A stretch of DNA of 64,000 nucleotides, from contig OZ024740.1 in NCBI GenBank assembly GCA_964016885.1, positions 82,894,001 to 82,958,000 of the forward strand, in the 5' to 3' direction. Source of the DNA: Eledone cirrhosa. Taxonomy: Eukaryota. Positions 1-12,244 of the stretch are shown here, piece by piece. Numbering within the stretch: the first letter of the stretch is position 1; every line of letters starts with the position of its first letter. The notes beneath the pieces are model-generated. The model saw only the letters and a list, made by a program, of their open reading frames with translations. It was not told the DNA's origin and did not search any database. A program made the translations under genes and the position numbers.

Positions 1-692
1 CGTCCACGTCTTCAAAACGGGTCCCCTCCGGGTCGTACTCGAAATTCCATAACACATCACTGGTGATGACTTTCCCTAGCAAGTCTGGTTCGGTTTCAAG
101 ACGCTCGAGGATGTCCTGGCACACTTGCATGCATCGACCCTACTGGTCATCGTTCAGCAGTTTTAGCACCATTTTCGCGCAGTCTTTCCGCATGTCCAAA
201 TCTTCAGTGAGAATCTTCCAGACGCTGTCCCGATTCATGCCCAGCTCATTTGCCATCAGTCGAACAGTCAGCCGACGATCGCTATGCACCATCTACCTAA
301 CGCGCTCAACGTTGACCTTAGTCCTGGTTGTTGTCGGCCTTCCTCTCCTGGGGTCATCTTCCACGCCCTCGCGTCCTTCTTTAAACCTCTTTCACCACTC
401 AAAAACACGTGAGCGTCACATCGTTTCATCTCCATACACTTGCTGCAGCAATCCCAGTGCTTCTGATGGAGTTTTCAAGTTTGATCGTTGCTCTGTGTTC
501 ATTGCTTGACGACCTGAAACAGAGAACATGTATACAACATTATGAAGAAAAAACTATCATCGCTGCAGAGAGCTACAATTACAGTTACATACTCAAGGGG
601 GATTACTTTGAAGGAGAAAACTCTTAGTGTGAAGTTTGGGTTTGAAATAAATCTTTTGTGACAATAGTGCTGGAACTTTTCTGACACACCTC

Positions 693-693
<1 letters not shown>
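1..693 (-). mobile_element. Rearranged, internally deleted mariner DNA transposon (runs off the window start)
   Basis: The minus strand from ATG at ~502 reads MNTEQRSNL..QVYGDETM*RSRVFEW*KRFKEGRE..DDPRRGRP..ITSD..EYDPE, then joins directly to GTRFEDVD. The plus strand at ~510-627 encodes the mariner C-terminus (GDYFEGENS*). The TIR ...GAACTTTTCTGACACACCTCG ends at 693 and is followed by TA. Confidence 0.85.
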
Positions 694-755
<62 letters not shown>

Positions 756-766
756 CATATATATAT
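694..766. repeat. (TA)n microsatellite. Other long (TA)n/(CA)n/(GA)n tracts lie near 6.9, 7.9, 8.8, 10.3, 13.5, 17.2, 21.5, 21.7, 26.9-27.2, 30.9, 33.3 and 47.2 kb
   Basis: Directly visible. These tracts produce the YIYIYI/VCVC/LSLS pseudo-ORFs. Confidence 0.99.
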
Positions 767-2786
767 GTGTACAGTTGTTTGTAATATTCCATTGCAGTAC
801 CAATACTAATAATTATAATTGTCAACATTTCAAAATATGACATTACAATGCTAATTCAATTACCGGAAAATGAGTATTTACTTTTTTCAAAACATACAAC
901 TCTAATGAAATTTCCCTATTTTACCAATTATATTACTCCAGTATTATATTATATTTCGCCTTTTGTGCGCATAATCTATACATCAACGCAAATGAAGCAT
1001 ATCTTCAATTATCATTTCATTTGGAATATTTTGTAATATCCATGCATATTAAGGAAATTGCTGCATTACATACAACCACCAATGTATCATCCTGCTATCA
1101 AGTGTATTGTTCAAGTTTTGTATCTCATTAATATCTTAATAGCATTTGTATTGGTCCATTTGCGGTCAGAATTTGATACCTCACTGGTTGCAGTTTGAAT
1201 TATAATATCATTGCATGTTTGATAATATACGTTACTATCACAAAAATGGATTTATATTATTACATAACATTCACCCACCCTAGATTATATATATATATAT
1301 ATATATATATGTCTATCGTACATTGCTTGACTATGTGAACTCTTGCTATGTGGATATCATGTCCAAGGCTCAATACCTTAAACGTTTCCGAATGCTATCA
1401 CTGCTTATGAATACTGTCTTCAATCCACTATTTCTGTAGCCAGATATAAATATGTTCTTTTGAAAATGGAAAGTCGAAGCACCATGAACTTACAGAATGT
1501 ACAAGGAACTTGGCTAACATTGAGAGAGACATAAATATCAGCCTAAGGACTTTTGGCGTTTAAAAAGCAACAACGATTTCAAATAACAACTGGCTATCGC
1601 ATATCCTCTCGTATCTATACGCTATGCTATGTTTATTCATTTATTCTATTTCTTTCTGAAATTTTATTCTAAAGCTTTGAAATACTTCAAACATATTTCC
1701 GTTCTGTATATAGGTATTGCATAATGCATGTGTCATTCTTAAGAAACCTAGTATTTCACACATTAATAGGGGAATTTCTAATGCACTACAAATTGCAGTT
1801 CCTATTCATCAGGTGTCTAGTGCTATTTCATGAGATAAATTGTGTAGGCTGTATGTTTGTGGAATATGGAATGTTAATGAGCATTGAACACAACGAAGCA
1901 CATATTTGAGAACTGATGATGTTCATATATTAACTATTGATTAGGAAATGGTGTGTAGCATTCCTTTAATCAGTGGCAATTTTGTGAATTAAATTTTGTT
2001 TTGTAAATATGATATTGCAAATTTTGTTAATTTCTTGACGGCTTGTTTTGTAGATTATGTGGTATGTGTGTGGGGTGATCAAATGTGTATTGTTTATGAT
2101 GTTCAATTGAACATAGAGAGATTACGAAGCATAAACAATGTCTCCTCGCTCTAAACGCTGATACGATTTATGCTTTTTTTTCTCATTATGCTTATTTTCC
2201 AACTTATAAAACTGATTCATGCTTCACAGGATACACCATTCTGTCTCATGTCTTGAAAATTCTAAAATTGTTCATACGGGTTGCACGTGGGTAGTAACAT
2301 TGCGACTGTTTAACTGCTCGGCAACCATGGACTCTTACTTTTGGTCATTTACCGTGATAAAAAGTCATTTATTGGCTCCAGCCAGATGAGCTTGCAAGCT
2401 CAAGAAATACTCTCGTAAAATTGTTGAAGATCCATCTTAATTTCTCTCATGTTTGTAAATCATGATTATATTAATGCAGCTAAATGTTTTGAGAGCGATA
2501 CGTACACAGCTAAATGTACAGAAATTGTAGCGGGTAAACATTCATACATTTACACCATAATCTATCGCACACGCATACACGTATTGTATGACAAGAACAT
2601 GTATTTATAAAAAATATTTACTTGCTTTGATTAATTTTTACAAACGCATAAATTCATTTGAAGTGCAGTAATGTATCATGCTATTATGTTAGTATATGGA
2701 AATTACTTCCATGTAAAATACAAAACGTCACTGTGCACTGGGTCAGAGCATATATATATATATTATTTTAGCAGCGCTAAAATAAG

Positions 2787-2975
2787 GGTGGGGGATTGGC
2801 AGTATCAGTAGAAGGTCGGACGCCATGCTTTCCAGCATAGTTACGTCCCTTTACGGTCTAAGTTCACATCCCGCCAAGGTTAACTTTGCCTTTCGTCCTC
2901 ACGGGGTAGATAAAATAAAGTACCAGTAATGCACTGCTGATTACTGGCCTTGTGCCAAAAGTAGAAACAATTATT
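2787..2975 (+). mobile_element. tRNA-derived SINE with Nin/Deu-like central domain
   Basis: A-box-like TGGCAGTATCAGTA, B-box-like GTTCACATCC, core CTTTGCCTTTCGTCCTCACGGGGTAGATAAAATAAAGTACCAG, tail GGCCTTGTGCCAAAAGTAGAAAC. Flanked by a 17-bp TSD (2762-2778 / 2970-2986, one mismatch). Confidence 0.9.
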
Positions 2976-4269
2976 TTAGCAGTGCTCGTTTTTCTCGAAT
3001 CTATATGATAGATAATTCAGTATAGAAATATTATTTCACAAAAGTAATAATTGGTCAGGGTTTCATAGAGACTATAACATATAACAAATGTATTGCAGAC
3101 ATACTGCACCTCTGAAGAGTACCATCATATCAACAATAGGACACAGCTATATTTAATTAATGTTGGAATACTACAGTAGGAGGATTAAACATCGAAATTG
3201 AGTAGATAGGAACGTGCTTAAAAGTCATTGTTTGACAAGCAAATTCTTATAAATCAATATAAGCTGTGATGATGGATGGCATAGCAAACGACTTACTTAA
3301 TCTTCTTGCAGTTAATATAGATTATCAAATAAGCATTTTGAGTCAAGTTACGATAGAGTCTCGTTTATTTCATATATAAATCAAATTAAAGGTTGTGTTG
3401 GAAACAACAGGTAAATTTGGTGTTTTACAAAAGACAACAATATCTCAATAAATCGATTTAAAGCGATTATGGACGATTTATAAATTACAAAGTTTAAATT
3501 TGATTAAGTCCTCTTGTAATGTTCTGATAATGTGATGCAACATGAAATGTGGTGTATCGAAATGTGTCGTTCTCAAATACAATAAGTGAACATTGATTTT
3601 CTCAGTCGGTGCAAATCGTTAGTTATGGTTTTTTTACTTATTTATTTTATTTTTTCAAATTATTTTTTCTGATAGTTTGGAAGTTTACTCTTACGTACCA
3701 GTTGATAAATGGCAATTCAATTCAATTCCATTCACTAATGATATATAATTTGCTAGAGGTCGAAAGCAACGGCAGTGCTACAATCGTAAAAGAAAACGTG
3801 TATTCGACAAATATGACGTCTCCTAAGTAAATCTAATTCTTTTATATCTTATGTATCAGGAGATATTACTATTTTAAGCCGATTATTATATATGTGAATA
3901 TAGTGGTAGGAGCACAGCGCACTGGGATAAGCTCAGACAAACGAACTATATTAATGCATAAACATACATTTACACTAATTCAAAAGCATATATATAACAA
4001 GAACATATATAACAATTATCATCCCCAACGAAAAAAGAAAAGTATGCAATGCAATACATAGTTAATATATATACACCGATGAAAGCACACACATACGATA
4101 AATATGTTTATCTAGGAATATATATTTACGTATACACACACACATGCACACACACACTCACACACACACATACGAACACACACACACACTCACACACACA
4201 CATGCGCGCATGGATGCACGTGCGCACACAGACTTGTACACATAACTGAAGTGCAATATAATTTTCATG

Positions 4270-5500
4270 TATATATATGGACATTTTACCACTACTTTCG
4301 GATTGTTTGTACACTGTGTTTCAATCCGTCGAATTTTGTGTATATTTTTTGTATTTAATGTTTTTGCTGCCACTTCTGCTATCACTGCTGCCTGTTTCTG
4401 CTGTTGCTGTTGTAGCTTTTGTGCTTGTTGTTGTTGCTAGTGACGGTGGCCTTGCAGGTGACGTCTACAGTGGATTTAGTGATAGCGCTGTTGTTCTTGG
4501 ACTTGGATTTCGAGATGGTGACGTTATTGTCAATATTTAGATTCCAGTCCGAATTGCTGTAACTTGACATCATTAATTTGCTGCTCTGGCTGGATATGTA
4601 GGTGCTTGTCACCTTCATTTTAAATGAAAATATGTAGGCGTAAATTCAAATTGTAAAGTTGAGATAATTGCGCCAGAGGCCCAAATAATATTATCAATCT
4701 AATTGAGTGTAAACGCCGATGCCCTATGTCCTGTTGTAACAGGAAAATCAACAAATTAATTGTATATGTAAGAACAACAAACGTACTGGATTACCAGGTC
4801 TCCCATTTTCCTTTCTTCACCTCGACGAGTATCACTGCCTTCGAGGACCACGTAGGCCTTGATCCACCAAACATCAAACTCTGACTTGATTCCTGGAATT
4901 CTGATATATATGGTCATTTTTCACAGATTCGCCGGATTGTGTATGAATTTGTCTGTCCGACATTTGACATCAGACATTTTGTACAGCCAGGGCTTTGCAC
5001 TTCAAAAACGCTGAAATAGTACCAAACTTTCTCGCTTGAATTCATGAACAGGTTCTGCCTCTAGCACTCTCATTTGTACCGTAATACATTTGTATTGGAG
5101 AATCATTTTGGCAGATGCTATCAGCTCATCTGACCTGAAATCTCCGTTGGACATAGTCTTGTCCAATCTGAAAAGTTTGGCTGCTTGTGCCAAACATGTG
5201 TCCTAGTTCAAAATGTGCAAAGTGAACAGTTAGCTGCTTTAAAAGCCACTCCCGTTATTGTTTTTTATGTTGTTTTTTTTTGTTGCCATTTGTGTTGTGG
5301 TTGGTGTCTGTGTTTCTGTTACGTTTGTTTGCTTCAGTTATATTTGTTTTCTCAATGTTGGTAATGGTGGTGTTGTTGGTGTGGGTGTCGCTGTTGGTGG
5401 TGGTGGTCGTGTTGATGCTGGTTATGTTGGTGTTGGTTATGGAAGAGACAGTATCCTTTCTAGTATTTCTGTTGCTTTTTTTTGTCATTATTTAAAAATT
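4270..5500 (-). pseudogene. Possible highly decayed L1/Tx1-like ORF1 region with low-complexity flanks
   Basis: Minus-strand peptide pieces (AQAAKLF..DELIASAKMILQYKC; IYIRIPGIKSEFDVWWIKAYVV) loosely echo the ORF1 at 61.5-62.3 kb. Weak similarity judged by eye. Confidence 0.3.
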
Positions 5501-5974
5501 ATTTTAAATTATTTTAAAATTTATGAAAAAAATAAATAAATAAAAAAGTAAAAAATAAATAATAATTTGTTTGCGCCTTTCGCGTGCTATGCTGTTGCTG
5601 TTGCTGTTGTTGTTGCTGTTGTTGTTATTGTTGCTGCTGTTTCTGCAGCTACTACTACTGTTGGTGTTGCTGCTGCTCAGCTGCTGCTGCTGCTGCTGTT
5701 ACTGAATTATACAATTTTGCTATTCCATTCTTCGGATGGATGGCTCATCTTTACATTAGACATGCCTTCCTTGTCCGCCATTCTTCATTTGTAAAGAAAG
5801 AATGAGAAGCAATTGGTAAACAAACGCCTGATTTGTTTATCTATGAAATGGGAACAAATGTTCTAATTATCACTTCGTGTTACAGTAGAAATAATAAAAT
5901 TAAATGAGTGTTATTTAACACGTCTGAAGAGACTCACCAACAACAAAAATAATAGGAATAATAACAACTACAAC

Positions 5975-6063
5975 AGTGGTAGTAGCACTAGTAGTGGTAG
6001 TAGTAGTAGTAGTAATAGTAGTAGTAGTAGTAGTAGTAGTAGTAATAGTAGTAGTAGTAGTAT

Positions 6064-6095
<32 letters not shown>

Positions 6096-6108
6096 TAGTA
6101 GTAGTAGC
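5975..6108. repeat. (TAG)n microsatellite
   Basis: Directly visible. Confidence 0.98.
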
Positions 6109-6915
6109 AATAATTAATGATTTATTTGCTGGAAAATATTTGGTGATATGTCTTCTTGATCAGGGAGGAATAGTGACAAATTAATAACAGCAGTAATATC
6201 TCTTTATTATGTAACAAAAACAACATTCATCAAATTAACTATATATATATATATATATATATATAGCATTTGAAGTATGAACTATTTTAGTAATTCGAAC
6301 TATACTCGAAAACATTATGTTCATTCAAATATTGCTGTGGGAGGTTAAACATGTATTTACGGGCATTTTACGTAAAATTATCACAGTAATTTCATGCAGT
6401 TGATCTTTGTTGCTACAGGGATATCTATAAACATGTTTTCATCACAAAATGCTGAAAATGGAAATACAATACTAATGGTTCTCTGATCCTATTAATGGTG
6501 TGCTGAAGCTTCAGCAATAGTTCCAGCATACTATTTCTAGAAGCAAGGAATCAATCTATCCCTGACATGAAGACTATTGTGTTGCAGACTGTTTAAAATA
6601 AAAACAATAATGTAAATATTTTGCATGAGAAATCCAGCAATATAACTGAGTTTACTTAGCTTGATTTAATAGAATATTGTAAATTTGAATAAATGATGGC
6701 AGATATTTAGAATGTACGTCATAGGATTAATACGTGGATCGCTAGGAGTGTTGCGTTATCTTAAGTAAAGTTTCAGAGAGATTTAGGCCAGTAATGCACG
6801 AACAAACACACATATGCATACACACAAGCACCTATCCACACACTTACAGACACACACGCACACGCACACACGCACACACGCACACATCTATCCACACACA
6901 CACAAACACACACAC

Positions 6916-7003
<88 letters not shown>

Positions 7004-7039
7004 GTGTGTGTGTGTGTGTGTGTATACTTCTTTACCCAA

Positions 7040-7840
7040 TTATACTTGAGCCATTTCTGTCAGAGGCAACAGAGCCCAACAGATCTGGCTGGATACCTAA
7101 GTGAGGCCATTCAAACTCATGGATTTTATACAACCATTTTGCTCCGAGCCTTACTCTAGGTCTCCTGCAAGTTTGTTTTGCCTGTAATCTCTTTCCAGAG
7201 ATTCTTTCTTGAGACATTCTAACCACATGTCAATAGTATCGGAGCTGTGATCTGTTCTCTCTCAATTCGAAGAAGTAGTGGCTCAACCTGGAGAGACTCC
7301 CTGATCTCCGAACTACGCATTGTATCGAGTAACATTACTTTAAAGGCAATACGGAGGAAACCCATTTCGGCCGCTTATATTCCTGGTCATATTCTTCTAG
7401 GCATTACGCAAGATACATTACCATAGTTATGGTTTGGCATGAATATCGAATTGAAGCTAGCGAGTTTTGCGTTTACCCTACCACTCTACTTCTGATTACT
7501 GAGTGTTGTAGCTAGCGTATTACTGCAGCAGCTCCTGTAATTATTGTGCTTAATTCACCCTCCTGCCTTCCACAATGGCCCCGAGATACTTGAACATCTC
7601 TATCTGCTTCAGTGGAACTCCATTCACATATAGAGTGACTACGTAGGTTTCCTTAAGAGGACGAGTGTCTCGATTTTCGCTGCATTGATTCCAGGCATGT
7701 AGCACTCAGCATCAAAATTATTTTGACATTCTCTCAAGTTAAGTAACCCCATATCTGCAAATTCCAGCCGACTGATCTAAAACCCACTAGGCATGATACC
7801 ACTACCAATCCGACTGCGCATGTCAATCCTGTTCCTGTAA
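7040..7840 (-). mobile_element. Decayed RTE-clade LINE 3' fragment
   Basis: The minus strand gives PLKQIEMFKYLG, VEPLLLRIER and HVVRMSQERI..RRPRVR, typical of the RTE RT C-terminal region. Many stops and frameshifts. Confidence 0.7.
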
Positions 7841-7903
7841 TTATATACATACATAATAGCCGTTGTAACGGCTTGAGCTCTGTCGTCAGGGTTAAATATG
7901 TCC

Positions 7904-8002
<99 letters not shown>

Positions 8003-8028
8003 TATAGATATATAGATATATATATATA

Positions 8029-8763
8029 CTAGCTGAACTACGCGTCCTTTGGACGGTTCATGTAGCTTTCGATGTAGATATTTAAACTAAACAAAGTAAA
8101 TTTGAATACATAGAAGAAACACGATGTAACAATCGAATGTAAAAATAAAGATTAATTGTAAAATGTATTTGAAGTACATGTAGCGGTAGAACATTGAAAA
8201 TGTACAGGGTATGTAAGTTAATAATTAAATTATGTGTCAGAAACGTAGTCTAATCAATGCGAAGAAATAGAATAATTCTAAGTCTTTGATGTATAAATGA
8301 TCCTTTAGATAAATGTAAGCATAATATTGTAAAAGTTATGAGAACAGTTAATATGAACATCAACCTTGAAACGATAAATTATACGATGTCAAATCTATAA
8401 CTTAACTGTTAAAAATTGCTAGTTGTGAAATATACGAAATGATATTGTTATTCTCTTTGTTTCAAGTAGAAAGAGTAAATTAAAATACGAATGAGCCGAA
8501 TTACGAAATATAACTCTTGATTACGAAAGATAACACTTGTCTTACTTAATCACGAAAATTTACACAAATAACCGAGATTTTGTTAATGTCTGCAAAGGAA
8601 CAATATCGATTTTTGAAAGCCTTTGTAGATCATGTACAGGTTTTGTGCAAGGAGAAGCTCTGTAAAAATGTTCAAAGAAATCGCATGAATGGTTTCGAAT
8701 ATATGAGCCCTCATTAAAAAATGTTGACACTCATATACACATACATACAGAAATTTTCAGATT

Positions 8764-8770
<7 letters not shown>
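8029..8770 (-). mobile_element. Probable non-autonomous Helitron
   Basis: The minus-strand 3' end is hairpin CGTCC-AAA-GGACG (8043-8055), then ~10 nt, then CTAG followed by T. The other end has an (ACAT)-rich subterminal tract running into (TA)n. No coding capacity. Confidence 0.6.
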
Positions 8771-8839
<69 letters not shown>

Positions 8840-8869
8840 TATGTAATAATAATAATAGTAATAATAATA

Positions 8870-10250
8870 AATTGCAAGACTAAAATCCAAAGAGGGCTCG
8901 ATAAGGATAAATATATATCGAATATATAAGAACCGTAGAGCAAATATTTATTAAAATAACAGATTAAAGTTTAAACAAAGAATCGCTGCTTTCACCCTTA
9001 ACGGGATCTTCTGAAACTAACAAAGTCAATCTGTAAACGCAGAAGTGGATATTTCAAAAAAAGTTGCAACCGGAGGAAGACAGGAAGACGATACTTTGGT
9101 TCGTGGAAACGTTCGCTATGCAAATAAGTAATGGTATAAACAAAACATATACTTAGCTCCCACATCAAGACGTAAAATATCCACCTATACATCGTACTAT
9201 CCGTTAGGGTATAACGTGGGGCTGTAATACAGGAAAGTTGTGTGCAATTTATGTTAACAATCCGAAATTGTCTCAGATATTTTGTTTAAGAAGTGGTCTG
9301 TGGCGTAGAGTATTTCCAGGGCCTCAGCGGCGCCGAGGTCGCATGGTCTTTTATTTCCGTTATACGATCTAGCCCTAGCTAGGATCTCCCAGTGTAACTT
9401 ATATTGGGTGTGGTTGTCTTTTAGACTCCAGATATAAGCTGAAAGTGACGTCATATTCCTTCTTAGAGGGTAACGAAAAGAATGGGTATGCGTGTAAAGA
9501 CGCTGCTTGAATCTATCGGCGGTTAACCCTATGTAGGCCCTACGGGACGTGGGTGTTACAACCTTACATTTGTAGACAATGTTACTAGAGAGGCATTTCC
9601 CGGATAGGGGGAAATCAACCCGATTCCTACAATTACAGTTAGTACTAACTACAGGGTTGCACGTGTTCCTACGGCTAGGTAGTTTAGCTAAATTAGAAGC
9701 TGTGAAGTTATGTGCAAGGTCAGGAGTCGTAGAGTAAGAAATGCTAGTAGTATTTCTATTAAAAATGTTACTATATTTATGTGTAGGGGGAAAATGCTTC
9801 GTAATAAGGGAAAGAAAGATCTTAGCTAATGGTGTGGCCGTCTCCATATTATATGGTGGGTTATACCAACAAATGCGACGGCATCTATTTCTTCTAGGTC
9901 TCTTTTCGTACTATGTATATGCTACCTTATCGACAAATCCACTTCGAGCAAGAGCTACATTGTGATAAGTGGAATGGTCGTTGAAAATACGCTCGGTAGT
10001 GGAAAGACGGGAAAGTCTCGACGAAACGTTTCTTACCAGGTTCTTGGTTATGCTGGCAGGATGGTTGGAATGCTTACTTATGTATTTAAGCGTATCATTC
10101 GGCTTTCTATACGGGCAATACAACCCATTCAATAAATTGAGGGTAACGTCAAGGTAATTAACGTCCGAGAGATTGGCCTCAACCTGTATAGAGAGGTAGA
10201 AGCCTTTAAAGAAGGCTGTGAGTTCTTTTCTGAACCTGTCGCAGAGTTAA
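8870..10250 (-). mobile_element. 5'-truncated Penelope-like element (RT thumb + C-terminal GIY-YIG endonuclease + pseudo-LTR), Hydra-clade-like
   Basis: ORF 9911-10132 is RT-thumb-like (YRKPNDTLKYISKHSNHP..RLSRLS..ALARSGF). ORF 9254-9847 has CNCRNRVDFPLSGKC, IVYKCKV..AYIGLT..FKQR..H and WEILARA..EALEI. The 3' region 8870-9105 is repeated at 12245-12490. Clade assignment is inferred from the CxC linker and the missing CxxC between GIY and YIG. Confidence 0.85.
8959..9034 (-). ncRNA. Type-I hammerhead-like motif with CAGAAGA core (copies at 12336-12412 and 33588-33645)
   Basis: Minus strand: acagattga..agttt CAGAAGA tccc-gttaa-gggt GAAA gcag-cgattct-ttgt TT aaact ttaatctgt. Helices I, II and III can all be paired. 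Confidence 0.6.
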
Positions 10251-10459
10251 AAATAATGTATACATGTATAATATATATATATATATATATATATATGTAT
10301 AATAAATATATATATATATGTATATATATATGTGTGTATGTGTGTGTGTGTATATACACATATATGTGTATATATACATATATATATACACATCAATATA
10401 TATATAATAAAAATAATAATAATAATAATAATAATAATGATAATAATAATAATAATAAT

Positions 10460-10745
10460 ATGGGAGGTGAAAAGGATTTGGAACTGCCATGATGTCAAAG
10501 TGATCCCGATTGTCATAGGCGCACTGGTGACTATCTCCAAAAGTTTCCAGGAATGGTTAAAGAAAATCGGCCACTTCACGCTTTTTTGGAACGCTTCAAA
10601 AGGCATGCTTGCTTGGAACAGCAAGAACCCTCCGATACGTCTTGAATATCTGAGGCTACAGGTAGTGGCTTGATATTCATTCCAACGGACTTTCCAGTTA
10701 ACCAACATCAATGACTGAGATTCAAGGAATAACAACAATAATAAT
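10460..10745 (+). mobile_element. R4/Dong-clade LINE 3' stub (family A)
   Basis: WEVKRIWNCHDVKVIPIVIGAL plus a 3' UTR closely matching the family-A copies at 37.7 and 57.1 kb. Flanked by (AAT)n. Confidence 0.9.
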
Positions 10746-10764
10746 AATAATAATAATAATAATG

Positions 10765-10943
10765 ATTTCTTTATTGGCGACAAGTGCTGACATCAAGAAA
10801 AATATTACAGACGGCACAGGACGGTACGATGATGGTTTTGTGCTTGTAAAGATTTTTATGATTTATATAAGAAAACAAGTAAAAACGACATAGAAACATA
10901 TATATATATAAACAATAAAAATGAAAATTGAAACAATGAAAAT

Positions 10944-10976
<33 letters not shown>

Positions 10977-11298
10977 TTCTTATTAACCACAAGGGTTTAC
11001 ATAAAGTAGACATTAAGGACATTACAGGAAAATACAGGACGGTACAAATGGGCATTTCTGCGTGTAAAAAACAAAAACAGGGAATGTAATAAAAAATAAC
11101 AATGAAAAATTCCCCAATAGGGGGGAGACAACGGAGGGACATTTGTGGAGAAAGCCCATTAATAGGCCACACTGACCCTGACCACCACGGAAAATGCCCT
11201 CTCCCAGTTTTCCACCTTTAATTTACAGACACATACTCAGAGTAGGCACATTCACTCGAGCCATTCTTGCTTCTCTCACCCACCTTTCAACAAAATGC

Positions 11299-11300
<2 letters not shown>
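10765..11300 (-). mobile_element. Two L1/Tx1-like LINE 3' ends (10765-10900 and 10975-11300)
   Basis: The minus strand gives FVERWVREARMARVNVPTLSMCL*, then a 3' UTR ending CCTTGTGGTTAATAAGAAATT(ATT)n. The second, diverged tail shares ACAGGACGGTAC and CTTGTCGCCAATAAGAAATC(ATT)n. Confidence 0.6.
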
Positions 11301-11349
<49 letters not shown>

Positions 11350-11350
<1 letters not shown>

Positions 11351-12235
11351 GGCACCTGTGCAAAGTAAACAATCTACCACATTCTGAGAAATGGTATGAG
11401 CATAGGCCAGAGGCGGTGATGGAGAACAGTCAGGTGAAGGTGCTGTGGGATTTTAGGATACAGACGGACAAAAAACTGGAACACAATAGACCTGACCTGG
11501 TGGTTGTGGACAAAGAAAAAAGATCGTGCCTGATTGTGGATGTGGCCTGCCCGTTCGACACGAGAGTGCAAGAGAAGGAGAGGGAGAAAATTAACCGATA
11601 CCAGGACCTAAAGTGGGAGGTGAAAAGGATTTGGAACTGCCATGAAGTCAAAGTGATCCCGATTGTCATAGGCGCACTGGGGACTATCTCCAAAGGTTTC
11701 CAGGGATGGTTAAAGAAAATCGGCCCCTTCACGCTTTTTGGAACGCTTCAAAAGGCATGCTTGCTTGGAACGGCAAGAACCCTCCGATACGTCCTGAATA
11801 TCTGAGGCTGCAGGTAGTGGCTTGATATTCAATCCAACGGACTTTCCAGTTAACCAACATCAATGACTGAGATTCAAGGAATAACAATAACAATAATAAT
11901 AATAATAGTCAAAGTGATCCCGATTGTCATAGGCGCACTGGGGACTATCTCCAAAAGTTTCCATGGATGGTTAAAGAAAATCGGCTCCTTCACGCTTTTT
12001 GAAACGCTTCAAAAGGCATGCTTGCTTGGAACAGCAAGAACCCTCCGATACATCCTGAATATCTGAGGCTGCAGGTAATTGGCTTGATATTCAATCCAAC
12101 GAACTTTCCAGTTAACCAACATCAATGACTGAGATTCAAGGAATAACAACAATAATATTAATAATAATGGTTTCAACAAACTTTCCAGTTAAATAACATC
12201 AATGATTGAGACTCAAAGAACAATAATAATAATAG
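11350..12235 (+). mobile_element. Three head-to-tail R4/Dong family-A 3' stubs (11350-11900, 11908-12160, 12172-12235)
   Basis: ORF 11416-11805 carries a restriction-like endonuclease (VLWDFRIQTD..RPDLVVVD..IVDVACPFD..KEREKINRY). The 3' UTR is repeated, with copies separated by (AAT)n. Confidence 0.92.
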
Positions 12236-12244
12236 TAATAATAA

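Noticed and set aside
63-509. 148-aa plus-strand ORF and similar ORFs opposite LINE/PLE coding regions
   Set aside because: Antisense shadows of transposon coding sequence.
499-843. ORFs rich in YI/VC/TH/LS/poly-I/poly-C here and at 4.0, 5.3-5.8, 6.8, 10.2, 21.3, 26.8, 30.8 and 33.0 kb
   Set aside because: Translations of microsatellites, with no domain or splice evidence.
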